Sequence record: NC_047884.1
Direction: 5' to 3' (one strand)
Length of the DNA stretch: 64,000 nt
DNA from: Escherichia phage saus132
A model generated the notes under the pieces. The model did no database searches, was not told the origin of the DNA, and saw only the letters and a program-made list of their open reading frames with translations. Position numbers and translations under genes: made by a program. Shown here piece by piece: positions 19,467 to 29,199 of the stretch (within the stretch, counting starts at the first letter, position 1; each line of letters opens with the position of its first letter).

Positions 19467-19757
19467 TTAATCTTCTGGATTATCTTCCAGGAAGTTTTTG
19501 ATTGCATCGTGCATAGTTTCTTTACGAAGCTGACGACCAATCAGAATGTGGTTGGCTTCCACACGACCATTAGGGAGACGATCTGCTAGAACTACTACAG
19601 GAACCTGACGAACGCCAAATTTCTGCATAAGTTCTGTGTTATCAGTCTCTTTATGAACTTCTAGACTGTAGTCCTGTACTACTTTATCGAATACAGGCTC
19701 GAACATTTTGCACGGATTGCAGGTAGATCCCTTTAATAGATATACTAATTTACTCAT
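19467..19757 (-). CDS. thioredoxin-like protein
   Basis: CxxC motif STCNPCK; start set to the in-frame ATG that avoids overlap with the upstream HNH gene. Confidence 0.45.
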   Translation of the reverse strand: MSKLVYLLKGSTCNPCKMFEPVFDKVVQDYSLEVHKETDNTELMQKFGVRQVPVVVLADRLPNGRVEANHILIGRQLRKETMHDAIKNFLEDNPED

Positions 19758-20277
19758 GTTTATCTCCTTTAAATGGTTCATATAGGGCAAATTCCCCAAA
19801 TAATTCAAATCTTAACTCATTGGCAGTTTCTACAGCATCTTTGAGGTTTGTGAAGTATCCTCCCGAGTAGGATTTACCATCTTTCATAACCTGTACTTGC
19901 CATTTACATGTTTTCTTTGTCCAATATACGTTCTTATATCCAGAACTATTGTTCGAATACTTTAACGCATTAGCACCATTTTGAGAGACTGTAGCTTCTC
20001 GTAGGTTAAGCCATTTATTATCAGACCTAACTCTGTTTTCGTGGTCTACTCTTGCAGGCATATAGCCTTCCATGTAAAGAAAGGCTAATCTATGTGCCCC
20101 ATGCACTTCAGAATCAACAGTAATATTGATATAACCGTTATTTTGAGGATTGCCAGCAATTTTTCCTGCAAATTGCTTGTTAAAACCACTTCTATCTACC
20201 TTTCGGCTCTTCCATATAAATATCCCTGTATCTGGATTGTACTCTAGAAGTTCCTTCAATCTTTCTTGGGTAATCAC
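19750..20277 (-). CDS. HNH homing endonuclease
   Basis: 175 aa; same N-terminal and HNH motifs. Confidence 0.65.
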   Translation of the reverse strand: MITQERLKELLEYNPDTGIFIWKSRKVDRSGFNKQFAGKIAGNPQNNGYINITVDSEVHGAHRLAFLYMEGYMPARVDHENRVRSDNKWLNLREATVSQNGANALKYSNNSSGYKNVYWTKKTCKWQVQVMKDGKSYSGGYFTNLKDAVETANELRFELFGEFALYEPFKGDKHE

Positions 20278-20681
20278 AATTTATTAACTGCCTCTAAAAA
20301 CGCACGCATCACTTTAACAGTTGCAGTGCTAAGATCTGCGGTAGCACCTAAGCACTCAGATACAGCAGCCTGATAAGGGGCTTTTAGCCTGCCTTCCGGT
20401 ACTTGTACTTTCTTATAGGTTTTCTTTTTGACTTTATCCAGCATCGTTTCAAGAACATTGAGAGGCAACTTCTGACCTTCAATATTCACGCCAAGCTCTT
20501 CCATTAGCATGGTATTTAAGTCAATACGAGTAAGTTTCTTGCCCTTGCTAGACATACGAATTCCCGCCTTTTTCTCAAGTTTTGCACGCTCTGGTGAATC
20601 GAGGTCACGTAATGCGATGTTCAATTCATACGGAGCCATATTGTAATGGTTAGCCATCTGAGTATAGTAACGATCTGACAT
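20274..20681 (-). CDS. hypothetical protein
   Basis: 135-aa ORF; GAGGAG RBS. Confidence 0.5.
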   Translation of the reverse strand: MSDRYYTQMANHYNMAPYELNIALRDLDSPERAKLEKKAGIRMSSKGKKLTRIDLNTMLMEELGVNIEGQKLPLNVLETMLDKVKKKTYKKVQVPEGRLKAPYQAAVSECLGATADLSTATVKVMRAFLEAVNKL

Positions 20682-20714
20682 TTGTGAAACTCCTCTGATT
20701 CAATTTATACAAAT

Positions 20715-20743
20715 ATTATATAAAAATTTCAGCGGAAAGTCAA
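20715..20743 (-). promoter_or_regulatory. T5-type early promoter
   Basis: TATAAT 20715-20720, TTGACT 20738-20743. Confidence 0.5.
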
Positions 20744-20751
20744 TTACTTTT

Positions 20752-21174
20752 TTATATTAGTGTGCTTGATGTGGGGAATCTCTTCCTAACTAAGTACATA
20801 GTTATTGGATATATTGAATACATAAGTATAGGGGAGAAAAGGGTGGAATAAGCCGTGACTCCCCCAGCTAACATTAGTGGTATCAATGCTAGAGTAAGGG
20901 CCATAAGAATCATACCGAATGTGACAGCCAGGGCTACTGTGATGCAGTTTTCTAACTCCATCCAAAGCCAACAATATTTCGTATTTCTCTGGCAGTTGCA
21001 TTTGCAAACGCCGAATGTGCCCATAATTATATACTCTAGCCCATGAACGACTTTCTTTAATGTATCATTTTGGGTAACTAGTGCGACAACAGTGAGAATT
21101 ATCATTAAGATGAAAACTACTAGACTTATTTTCCATACTCCTAGTAATATCATGGTGAATAGTTCTGCAAACAT
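20752..21174 (-). CDS. membrane protein
   Basis: 140 aa, several TM-like segments. Confidence 0.45.
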   Translation of the reverse strand: MFAELFTMILLGVWKISLVVFILMIILTVVALVTQNDTLKKVVHGLEYIIMGTFGVCKCNCQRNTKYCWLWMELENCITVALAVTFGMILMALTLALIPLMLAGGVTAYSTLFSPILMYSIYPITMYLVRKRFPTSSTLI

Positions 21175-21249
21175 GGCTTTCTCCTATCATTAAGTTTTTA
21201 AAGCCCCCTTTGCTTTAAAAGGCGGGAATTACCCCGCCTTGATTTATTA

Positions 21250-21663
21250 TCAGACTAATTCTACGTGACCACCGTCGTAAGTACCACGATCGATCTCATC
21301 ATGATAATCACCAGAACTATTCCAGTCGGCACCAAAACGAAGTTTGATACCAAGTTCCTTACCGGCTTGTTCAAAAGCCTTCTTAACAGCCCAAAATGCT
21401 TCCAGATCTTTCCAATCAATCTTACCATTAATATATGGTGCAAAATCTATAGCGTCTCCAGTTACATGCTTACTTTTGCTAGGGTCTTTCAAGAATGAAG
21501 TACCATTAGCAATATTTTGGGCACTTTGTGCTACTGTACGAATACCTTGTACGATTGTGAAATCGTATGGGGATAGTTCTAAAGCCCTACGAGCTACCTT
21601 TTGTAGCTCGGGCTTAACAGTTGCTAATTGTTTTTCGCTATTTTTACCAAATTTAAAACTCAT
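21250..21663 (-). CDS. lys: endolysin (L-alanyl-D-glutamate peptidase type)
   Basis: 137 aa; matches recalled T5 endolysin; SKHVTGDAIDF and GGHVEL metal-site-like motifs. Confidence 0.65.
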   Translation of the reverse strand: MSFKFGKNSEKQLATVKPELQKVARRALELSPYDFTIVQGIRTVAQSAQNIANGTSFLKDPSKSKHVTGDAIDFAPYINGKIDWKDLEAFWAVKKAFEQAGKELGIKLRFGADWNSSGDYHDEIDRGTYDGGHVELV

Positions 21664-22316
21664 ATAGATCTACCTAATGATCTCCGTTGTGGGGAACAGA
21701 GCTTTGCTAAGTACTCGTTAAATTGTTCCGAATCAGCTGTATCTACGGGTTTATCCTTCCATGCAATACCTATGTATCCAGCATAGATATTATTTAGGTT
21801 GAAATATGGACAAGTGTAGACGTAATTAAAAGTAATGTTCTTAAACGCTGGTATATTTGACCCCGTATATTTATTTACTTTTACACTTAAATCCGCAGCG
21901 TAGTTAAAGCCTTCCAGGTGACGTCTATAAAGTTCAGACGTCTTATTTACTGCTTTATCGGCCAAGTCAGCCCTATCCAATTGCGCATTGCTTTCCCATG
22001 CAATAATGTTTGAATAATCATTTATAGCATCTGGTTTATACTTTACTACAAAAACGGCATCCGCACCAGTCTGGGAGAAAAGAACCATACTCTTTTCTCG
22101 TGCTACATTAGGAAAGTTATCTATCCTTTGGGTTTGAACATCCTGTAAAACCGAAGACGTGGAGAAAGTCTTTAAAAATGACATCACCTCGCTAGTGTTA
22201 CTTACAAACAAGAAAATAATGACAGCAACTAAGATAGTTAGCAGACGTTTTAGTAGTGAAGCTGGATCTTTCGCTTCTTGTAGCAGTATCGTTAATAGTT
22301 GTATAAACTTTTCCAC
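21660..22316 (-). CDS. holin-like membrane protein
   Basis: 218 aa with N-terminal TM segment, immediately upstream of endolysin with overlapping stop/start. Confidence 0.4.
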   Translation of the reverse strand: MEKFIQLLTILLQEAKDPASLLKRLLTILVAVIIFLFVSNTSEVMSFLKTFSTSSVLQDVQTQRIDNFPNVAREKSMVLFSQTGADAVFVVKYKPDAINDYSNIIAWESNAQLDRADLADKAVNKTSELYRRHLEGFNYAADLSVKVNKYTGSNIPAFKNITFNYVYTCPYFNLNNIYAGYIGIAWKDKPVDTADSEQFNEYLAKLCSPQRRSLGRSI

Positions 22317-22430
22317 TTGTAACCTCCTCTAACCACTACCATTATACTAATTCTAGAGTAAAATTACAATGTGTTTTTTAAGATCACTTCTGGAGCACAA
22401 TTTTTTGTCGTTGTCAAGAAGAATTTTAGG

Positions 22431-22461
22431 CAAAAGAAAAGCCAGAGTCGTTAAACTCTGG
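22431..22461 (-). terminator. putative intrinsic terminator
   Basis: 8-bp stem GCCAGAGT..ACTCTGGC with A/T run, downstream of the ClpP-like gene. Confidence 0.5.
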
Positions 22462-22472
22462 CTTAAAACTAC

Positions 22473-23072
22473 TTACACTTCTCCATGTTCTTCTGGATGC
22501 GGGGCTTGAGCTTTACTACACTGCTCTTTACGATAATTCGCCAAAATTTCAATACGCTTATTGATTTCTTTGCTGTTGAGATAGATATTCTTATTCTCTT
22601 TTACCATGTCCTCGATTTCATCGACAGAGAAGAACGGAAAGTAAATATCTAGCATCATATCTTCTACAAACTGGTTGTAGGATTCATAGGCTTTCTTGAT
22701 TTCTTGACCTTTCTCGCAGAATCCGCCAGAGAACGTATGTCCCATAAGCGTAGCATGTGGATGTACAACCCAACCGTGGCAAGATAGGAAGATTGTGCAG
22801 TAAGCAGAAGCACTAGGACCGAGCAGGTGTCCAATAACCGTTCCACGACAGTTAGCGATTAGGTTAGATAGCTGTGCAGCAGTATCAACATAACCACCAG
22901 GCCCATTAATCATCAGATTAATTTCATCATCTTCACCAGCCTGCATCAGTATCATTGATAGATCACGATACTCATCCGGTGAGCCTAACTCTTCGTCAAA
23001 GAAAAAGGTATACTCATTAGATTGGCGAACAGTGTGAAATAGGTTAGTCTTTTCTTCTTTCTTATTAGTCAT
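22473..23072 (-). CDS. ClpP-family serine peptidase
   Basis: 199 aa; INGPGGYV and GPSASAY align with ClpP INxPGG and active-site Ser region. Confidence 0.55.
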   Translation of the reverse strand: MTNKKEEKTNLFHTVRQSNEYTFFFDEELGSPDEYRDLSMILMQAGEDDEINLMINGPGGYVDTAAQLSNLIANCRGTVIGHLLGPSASAYCTIFLSCHGWVVHPHATLMGHTFSGGFCEKGQEIKKAYESYNQFVEDMMLDIYFPFFSVDEIEDMVKENKNIYLNSKEINKRIEILANYRKEQCSKAQAPHPEEHGEV

Positions 23073-23084
23073 AGTGATCCTTAA

Positions 23085-23837
23085 TTATCCAACTAGTGGT
23101 TCTAGCTCTAAGTCACAGAAGTGGTACACATCGGTACGAAGTGCATCAAGTCCGTTGAAGGTATTCTCAAATTTATGAGAAATGTATTTTTCAGGAATAC
23201 CGCTTTCAGACGGATGATCTGTCTCGATGCGATACTTATTAGTAATACCAGATTCAACCTTAATAAGTATGGAATCCATATCTAGAGTATTGGATTCCAT
23301 GATTAGCTCTCCCTCATTTGGAAAACGCACATCGGTAACGATTGCGACGTCTGGGTCGTCTTTATCGATGGATTGCTCCAGAATTATGAGCCAAATGCGT
23401 TCATGCACCAGCTGCCTTCCTAACTCAGTACCTACAAGCTGTAGCATTTTTCTTGGGGAGATAAATACGCTATACAGCGCATCATCAGCTTGCCCAATTA
23501 ACTGCTGAGGATCAAGGTATTTTCCTTCAAAAATAGGCCAAACGTACGAGAAGTCCTCAAACTTATCGATACCATACTTAAACCATACGTCTCTAGCTCG
23601 CTCCAGCTGAGATTGTGTGACCGTAAACCATTGGTCAATCTCCTTTCCCCTGCGCTCTCCCAGAAACTCTGGAGTTACCCCGAGGATTACGGATGCAAGT
23701 TCGTAAACGGGTTTAGCAAAACTGTAACGACGGGATAAACACGTTGGGAACGTGTCATTACACCAGTCAATCATTAATTCTGCAACGGTATCTTTTCCCG
23801 CACCAGCCTCACCATGTAAACCGACTAATACTGACAT
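23085..23837 (-). CDS. dnk: deoxynucleoside monophosphate kinase
   Basis: 250 aa; Walker A GEAGAGKDT near N-terminus. Confidence 0.55.
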   Translation of the reverse strand: MSVLVGLHGEAGAGKDTVAELMIDWCNDTFPTCLSRRYSFAKPVYELASVILGVTPEFLGERRGKEIDQWFTVTQSQLERARDVWFKYGIDKFEDFSYVWPIFEGKYLDPQQLIGQADDALYSVFISPRKMLQLVGTELGRQLVHERIWLIILEQSIDKDDPDVAIVTDVRFPNEGELIMESNTLDMDSILIKVESGITNKYRIETDHPSESGIPEKYISHKFENTFNGLDALRTDVYHFCDLELEPLVG

Positions 23838-24190
23838 TAATCTTTCCTATTTGTAATGGGTGGATAGTAAACTAAGCAACGTTTTTCTTGTAAATCTTGA
23901 CGATAGAAGCAAACCATACCAGTCAGTCGTGAAATGTAAGAGTAAACTGCTTCCTCGCATTTTGCTTTTGCATTCCAATCTTTGTAAGGTACAACAACTA
24001 CTACGCCATCTTCACCATTTGTAGCTAATTTATTTTCGAATTTGAAATCAAAACTACACGGCTGAAGTCCTTTAGGCCAATCTACATGAGCTTGCTTTAA
24101 CTCATGGGATGGCTCCGGTTTTATTTCTTCTGCACAGCCTGTGATTGTGATTGCGGCTGCAAGCAGTACTCCAAGTTTCCAGTTAAACAC
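23837..24190 (-). CDS. lipoprotein (o-spanin-like)
   Basis: signal peptide with lipobox ITGC; 117 aa; 5' end overlaps the 3' end of upstream ORF in another frame. Confidence 0.4.
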   Translation of the reverse strand: MFNWKLGVLLAAAITITGCAEEIKPEPSHELKQAHVDWPKGLQPCSFDFKFENKLATNGEDGVVVVVPYKDWNAKAKCEEAVYSYISRLTGMVCFYRQDLQEKRCLVYYPPITNRKD

Positions 24191-24564
24191 GCTAATCTTT
24201 CCTCGAACTCTTTATTCTGCTTTTTAGCAATTAATGTTACCAATCCAGGCTTTGCAGCGATAATATCTTGACGACTAAGAGCTTTATCTAACTGCTTAAT
24301 CTTTTTGTCTAGATCTGCTTGCGAAATATTATTCATTGTGAAATACTGATTCATTCGAGTCTCACGAAGTTCACTCTCAGCTTTCACCTTATTAAGGGAG
24401 GTTTCTAGAGAAGAGATTTTTTTAGTAGCTACCGCAAGATCTCCCGCTAAAGTCTCCACTTTATCTACTAAGTGATAAGCACCGAATCCGATACCTATCG
24501 CAAGACCAGCTCCCAGGATATACCACTTACCTTGCCATAGAGAACTAATAAAGTTTTTTATCAT
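24121..24564 (-). CDS. membrane-anchored coiled-coil protein (i-spanin-like)
   Basis: 147 aa; N-terminal TM then helical region; overlaps the lipoprotein ORF. Confidence 0.4.
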   Translation of the reverse strand: MIKNFISSLWQGKWYILGAGLAIGIGFGAYHLVDKVETLAGDLAVATKKISSLETSLNKVKAESELRETRMNQYFTMNNISQADLDKKIKQLDKALSRQDIIAAKPGLVTLIAKKQNKEFEERLACLTGNLEYCLQPQSQSQAVQKK

Positions 24565-25241
24565 CTTTTCATATTCCTGAATGACGTAACCGTATCAAAT
24601 CCATGTGCTGCTAGGCGGTCTTTATCAGAAATGGTAATAATATCTGGTTCTCCTGTTCCAAGCACGCCCCAGATATATTGTTCAATTCTCTGGTGTAATC
24701 GATATAGGTTGCTTTCAATTTCCTGCCACGGAATACCTGATAGGTGTAGACGCGGATTAGTTATAACCTTGAAGTATTTATTGTTATCTTTATCATTTGG
24801 AACTAATGAATCTAGAACTGCTAACGGTACTCTTAGCTCAGATAAGGCTTCTTTAGCTTTCGGGGTAACTTCATCTTGCCATGATAAGATAGACTCTTTT
24901 GGCTTCCCTCTATTTATATCTAGTAGAGAAAATCCCGTTGACCATCCATTCTCTTTCAAAACTTCTAATGCTTTGTCTAGGTTGAAAGTTTTTACTTGGG
25001 TATCCAATACATCAATATGGTACATCCAGTAAATCTCTCCTGCTAGGAAAAACGGTAGAATTTTAAAGTAGCCTTTCTTTTCACCAACACGAGCAATCAT
25101 ACGTTCTTGCATAATCATGTAGTTGCCATCATCTGGAGCCTTTATTATTAGCTCTTCAGTTTTACGCTCCCAAGCACGATCGGGGTCAAACAAGCTGTTC
25201 TGCAAATCATATACATCTGCCCATTTACTAATAATTCTCAT
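24561..25241 (-). CDS. hypothetical protein
   Basis: 226-aa ORF with promoter leader and RBS. Confidence 0.5.
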   Translation of the reverse strand: MRIISKWADVYDLQNSLFDPDRAWERKTEELIIKAPDDGNYMIMQERMIARVGEKKGYFKILPFFLAGEIYWMYHIDVLDTQVKTFNLDKALEVLKENGWSTGFSLLDINRGKPKESILSWQDEVTPKAKEALSELRVPLAVLDSLVPNDKDNNKYFKVITNPRLHLSGIPWQEIESNLYRLHQRIEQYIWGVLGTGEPDIITISDKDRLAAHGFDTVTSFRNMKR

Positions 25242-25393
25242 ATTTAATCCTCTTGCCTCAATCTATAAACATATTATATAATACTTGTGGCATCTGAGCA
25301 ACTGAAATTTTATTACAAAAAATAGCCCAGTCGCAAAATTGCAGGCTGGGCTTTGTCATTATTATTCTTGCTAGGAGGTGATTATCATCACTC

Positions 25394-25735
25394 TTATTTA
25401 CTTAATTCTCTAGCACGACGTAGCGATCCAGCGGTTCTCCATAGTTTAATGTCGTCAATAACTTCTTTATAGGGCGCAATAGTAAGACCTAGCGGTCCTG
25501 CTACCAACAGTCCAAAGAAACCAATTACACGCATGTAGAGCAAGCATTCTTTGGGAGTCATTGACTGGACAGCCTGCCTTTCCTCATCACTGTCGAACTC
25601 GTATTCTTGATCGTCTAAACGTAGGTACTTAATAAACCATTCAGCAGAATATTCATCCAGATGACGAATAACTGCAATAGCATAGCCTAAACCAATAATA
25701 AACCATGCTGCTACAATGAATAAAATAAAGCTCAT
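25394..25735 (-). CDS. membrane protein
   Basis: 113 aa, two to three TM segments. Confidence 0.45.
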   Translation of the reverse strand: MSFILFIVAAWFIIGLGYAIAVIRHLDEYSAEWFIKYLRLDDQEYEFDSDEERQAVQSMTPKECLLYMRVIGFFGLLVAGPLGLTIAPYKEVIDDIKLWRTAGSLRRARELSK

Positions 25736-25851
25736 GATATCTCCAGTTAAAGTTTAGGTCCGCGACCAACTCACCACTTACCGCACTAAGGGGCACGACT
25801 CCCTTATCCGTAACAGTTGCAGGTGACGCAACTCGGTCCTACGCGAGTTCT

Positions 25852-26136
25852 TTACTTGCTCTGCATTTCAGCACGGAATTTTTTCATCTTACGAGTTTTA
25901 CGGAAGAAGAAATAAGTAGCTACTGGCCCGAACAAGGTGTCCATAATAAGCATACCTGACATAATGAATTTGAACATCTTTTCATCGTCAAATCCTGCTA
26001 ATTCTGGTGGACGATATTTGTTTATAACATAAAGAATAACATCTTTATTTTTAGAGATATACAGATCATCAATCAGACTGTAAATCGCGACAACTGCACC
26101 AATAACAAACCACAAAGCAAATGGAGAGATAATCAT
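25852..26136 (-). CDS. small membrane protein
   Basis: 94 aa. Confidence 0.45.
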   Translation of the reverse strand: MIISPFALWFVIGAVVAIYSLIDDLYISKNKDVILYVINKYRPPELAGFDDEKMFKFIMSGMLIMDTLFGPVATYFFFRKTRKMKKFRAEMQSK

Positions 26137-26429
26137 TTAAGATCCTTTTCGTCAATTAGAATAGTAACAAACAATGGTATACAACCTGGGCACAAATCTT
26201 TACCAAACTTTTCCATTACATCCCAAAGTGGTAAGGTAATCATACCATTTTTAACTCTAGGATCTATATACTCAGCTATTCGTTTATCCGCGAATGTTAT
26301 TGCACTAGAAGTTTCTTCGTACTGTTCTGCATAGTTAGTCCAGAACTTAATATGTTCCTGTTTGAGGAAGCCTAGTACAGCATCAGTTGCTGGAATCTGT
26401 ACTAGACTGTTGAGATTTAGCTCTTTCAC
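26133..26429 (-). CDS. hypothetical protein
   Basis: 98-aa ORF. Confidence 0.45.
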   Translation of the reverse strand: MKELNLNSLVQIPATDAVLGFLKQEHIKFWTNYAEQYEETSSAITFADKRIAEYIDPRVKNGMITLPLWDVMEKFGKDLCPGCIPLFVTILIDEKDLK

Positions 26430-26802
26430 GTTCTGCTCTCCGACGTTTGCGTTCTTTCATCATGTAAGCTGCTACAACTTCATGATAGTAGTCATTAATG
26501 TTATCTTCTGGCAAGAAATGTTTAATTGTTTCTAGCTGACAGATAACACGGTAAAGATGTTTATTTGGTAGACATAGTTTCATGCCCATAACAAATCCAG
26601 AGAAGCCTGGAACACTGAACATGGGTTGGGCTTCTACGGTACCCTCGGGATTGATACTAAGTTCAATCGAGATACCCATTTTCATGCTATAAAGCTGACA
26701 ACCTTCACCATTACCGAATTTTGACCAAACAGTGAAATCCTCATCGATTTGATCTTGGATTTCTTCGACTGCATGTTTAATTCTAGGGTCTAAATTACTC
26801 AT
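26383..26802 (-). CDS. hypothetical protein
   Basis: start trimmed to in-frame ATG with AAGGTG RBS; track start 26880. Confidence 0.45.
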   Translation of the reverse strand: MSNLDPRIKHAVEEIQDQIDEDFTVWSKFGNGEGCQLYSMKMGISIELSINPEGTVEAQPMFSVPGFSGFVMGMKLCLPNKHLYRVICQLETIKHFLPEDNINDYYHEVVAAYMMKERKRRRAERERAKSQQSSTDSSN

Positions 26803-27094
26803 CTTCACCTTCAAAGCCGCAGTCATAACGGCAAGTAAAAGAATCAGAACTATTAGTACGTTGAGTAGTGATTTCACCACGTTTACTAACAGTAATAGCC
26901 GGAGTAGAGAAGTTTTTATTAGTATATATTTCTACTTTGCCATTACGTTCTTTTACATCACGTACTTTACCATATTCGGTGGTAATGCCATTCTGCTGAA
27001 CTTTAACATTACCATTTTTCATAGAAACTTTGGTAGATGCCAGAGAACCGAAACTAACTGCTGAGATTACTAGAGCAATAATAAACTTATTCAT
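26795..27094 (-). CDS. secreted/periplasmic protein
   Basis: signal-peptide-like N-terminus MNKFIIALVISAVSFGSLAS; start trimmed. Confidence 0.45.
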   Translation of the reverse strand: MNKFIIALVISAVSFGSLASTKVSMKNGNVKVQQNGITTEYGKVRDVKERNGKVEIYTNKNFSTPAITVSKRGEITTQRTNSSDSFTCRYDCGFEGEDE

Positions 27095-27368
27095 CTTCAT
27101 CGTCCTCTTTACAGTCACGGCATACATCATAATCATTGAAAGAATGTTCGTGAGCTTCACACCACCAAGAACAAGAATCGCACAAGAAAATTTCTGTTTT
27201 CTCTATTGCCTGTCCAAGCAGTTCGTCTGCTTCATCTTCGGTGATTTTCAAACTACAAACATCAGCAACACGTTTAACAATCATTTTACCTGCTTCATGA
27301 TAAGACATACAAGTCCCAACAACATCATGCTCAAGTACGTGAACAGCACAGTCTAGGCGAGTTTTCAT
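27087..27368 (-). CDS. small Cys-rich protein
   Basis: 93 aa; CDSCSWWC and CRDC motifs; promoter leader upstream. Confidence 0.45.
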   Translation of the reverse strand: MKTRLDCAVHVLEHDVVGTCMSYHEAGKMIVKRVADVCSLKITEDEADELLGQAIEKTEIFLCDSCSWWCEAHEHSFNDYDVCRDCKEDDEDE

Positions 27369-27398
27369 TTCAAAGCCCTCTCATCAATTTATATAAAT

Positions 27399-27427
27399 AT
27401 TATATCAAAAGGAGAGGGTTTTAGCAA
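27399..27427 (-). promoter_or_regulatory. T5-type early promoter
   Basis: TATAAT 27399-27404, TTGCTA 27422-27427, 17-bp spacer. Confidence 0.55.
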
Positions 27428-27444
27428 ATGAATTATTTACGAAA

Positions 27445-27798
27445 TTAGTCGTAGCACCACCATAACCCACGCTTACGTAGGTCATGATCGCAGTTGTAGT
27501 CGTAATTTTCCGGATCTTGCATAACACGATGCAGTTCCATACGGTTTCCTTGACGAACCATTTTGTTAGAGTGCCACTTGACGGCTTGGCTGATAGAATC
27601 CCAGTTGTAACCATCCTTCTTCTCATATTTAATGATATCGTCTTGTAATTCCTTTTCAACTTCTTCTCTAGTATACGGGACTGCTGGCTCCTTCAAAGCA
27701 AAGAAACGACGATTGTACCCAAGAGTAAAGTTGAATTTAGAACGATGTGCATCACGCCAGTGACGATTTCCCGATTGTTTACGATATGTACGGCTCAT
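27445..27798 (-). CDS. hypothetical protein
   Basis: 117-aa ORF. Confidence 0.5.
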   Translation of the reverse strand: MSRTYRKQSGNRHWRDAHRSKFNFTLGYNRRFFALKEPAVPYTREEVEKELQDDIIKYEKKDGYNWDSISQAVKWHSNKMVRQGNRMELHRVMQDPENYDYNCDHDLRKRGLWWCYD

Positions 27799-27857
27799 AA
27801 TACCTCCATTAAGTCTGTTAAAGTAACTTAATGTGGTCTAACTTCAAAATATAACAT

Positions 27858-28043
27858 TTAGTAGTCTCCGTTATCGTTGTATACTACCCCACTGCTAGGG
27901 AGTTCTTCTGCTGTCACATTCTCGAATTCTATAGAACTTCTATGATTTCTAGCCAGTTCGATTGCTTCTTCCGCAGTTTCCGCAACAACAATAGCTGTAC
28001 CACCTAACCACAGGCCGCTATAGTTCACTTTAAAAATTTTCAT
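27858..28043 (-). CDS. hypothetical small protein
   Basis: 61-aa ORF. Confidence 0.4.
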   Translation of the reverse strand: MKIFKVNYSGLWLGGTAIVVAETAEEAIELARNHRSSIEFENVTAEELPSSGVVYNDNGDY

Positions 28044-28107
28044 TTCGAAAATCCTATATACAAGAAAACCCCAGACTACGTATTCAATAGCTGGGGTTTA
28101 TTATTAA

Positions 28108-28407
28108 TTAGATAATTTCGACAATATCCTGAGTTACAAAACCGTCGAATTCATCAGAGATACCACCTGTAAAGGTGATGCCCATAATCATTGCATCCAT
28201 CTTTTTAATCTCCGAGATTTTCATGCCTGCTTTACTATTCTTATAGTATTTGCGAGGATTCCCACACATCCAACAAGAACAGATGCAAGGAGTGGTAGTG
28301 ATAATGCCTAACCTCTTAGGGCTTTCTTCATGTGGGAAGACTGTCCAATACTTCTTGCGATTGTTTTTCACACGTTGCCGGTGATGGCGTCTTAATGCTC
28401 GATCCAC
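28108..28407 (-). CDS. small radical-SAM-like protein (NrdG-like glycyl-radical activase candidate)
   Basis: CICSCWMC gives C-x3-C-x2-C; GITFTGG resembles the NrdG ISLSGG region; only 99 aa, so tentative. Confidence 0.4.
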   Translation of the reverse strand: MDRALRRHHRQRVKNNRKKYWTVFPHEESPKRLGIITTTPCICSCWMCGNPRKYYKNSKAGMKISEIKKMDAMIMGITFTGGISDEFDGFVTQDIVEII

Positions 28408-28488
28408 ACATTTCTCCTAAAACTTGGGAGATAAATGGAGTTTGCTCGACTACCTTGCGTAGTTGGGAGAAATCGTATCCAAACCCCA

Positions 28489-28857
28489 TTATATCGCCTG
28501 AGTAAATGTACGACTAATAACGTCGTTCTGTTGTTCACGCGTCAATGCGTTAAATCGAACAGCATAGCCAGAGACACGGATGGTCAACTGAGGATATTTT
28601 TCAGGATGTTTCTGTGCATCCAAAAGCTGATCACGGCTTAACACATTGACATTTAGGTGCTGACCACCCTCGACTTGAGGAACCACTTCTACATCTACAA
28701 TGCGGAAGGCCTCAGGGTCAAAATGAGGTGTGATACCCTCTAGATCTTCAACTAGAACCTTTTGTTTAAGTTCACCATCTTTAGAATATAGCTGAATGAT
28801 CTGGTTATCATGAACAAGGTTAATTACGCCAGACTTAAGACTTTGATATGCTTTCAT
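28489..28857 (-). CDS. grcA: autonomous glycyl radical cofactor GrcA/YfiD homolog
   Basis: 122 aa; C-terminal [32 protein letters not shown] matches recalled E. coli GrcA including the RVSGY glycyl-radical motif. Confidence 0.75.
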   Translation of the reverse strand: MKAYQSLKSGVINLVHDNQIIQLYSKDGELKQKVLVEDLEGITPHFDPEAFRIVDVEVVPQVEGGQHLNVNVLSRDQLLDAQKHPEKYPQLTIRVSGYAVRFNALTREQQNDVISRTFTQAI

Positions 28858-29040
28858 TAGATCTCCCTGATGTTAGAATTTGGCTCAGCTTTTTGTTAAC
28901 CCAGAAGCAAGATAAAAACTGGGAGGCAGGCTGTTTATTAAGTGAATACCCGATAATCGCTCGTAGTCCGGCTTGTGGATTGATAGTCCCATTCAGTTTA
29001 ATAAACACAGAGATCTGGCACAAAGGCCTGATCTTATCTT

Positions 29041-29116
29041 TGGTAGTTAGTAGTGGAGTTGAACCACTGTAGTCGCTCCGTATGAAGGAGGTGCATAACC
29101 ACTCTGCCAACTAACT
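29041..29116 (-). tRNA. tRNA-Met-type (anticodon CAU; could be Met, fMet or Ile2)
   Basis: 76 nt with encoded CCA; acceptor AGTTAGT/ACTAACT; T-arm AGTGG-TTCAACT-CCACT; anticodon loop TTCATAC. Confidence 0.6.
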
Positions 29117-29122
29117 ATAATT

Positions 29123-29198
29123 TGGTACTCCGACTTGGGATCGAACCAAGATTTGACGATTATCGGTCGCCTGTTCTAACCTGTTGAACTATCAGAGC
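29123..29198 (-). tRNA. tRNA-Ile (anticodon GAU), non-canonical C33
   Basis: encoded CCA; T-arm CTTGG-TTCGATC-CCAAG; anticodon loop CCGATAA; acceptor with G-U pairs. Confidence 0.5.
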
Positions 29199-29199
29199 A

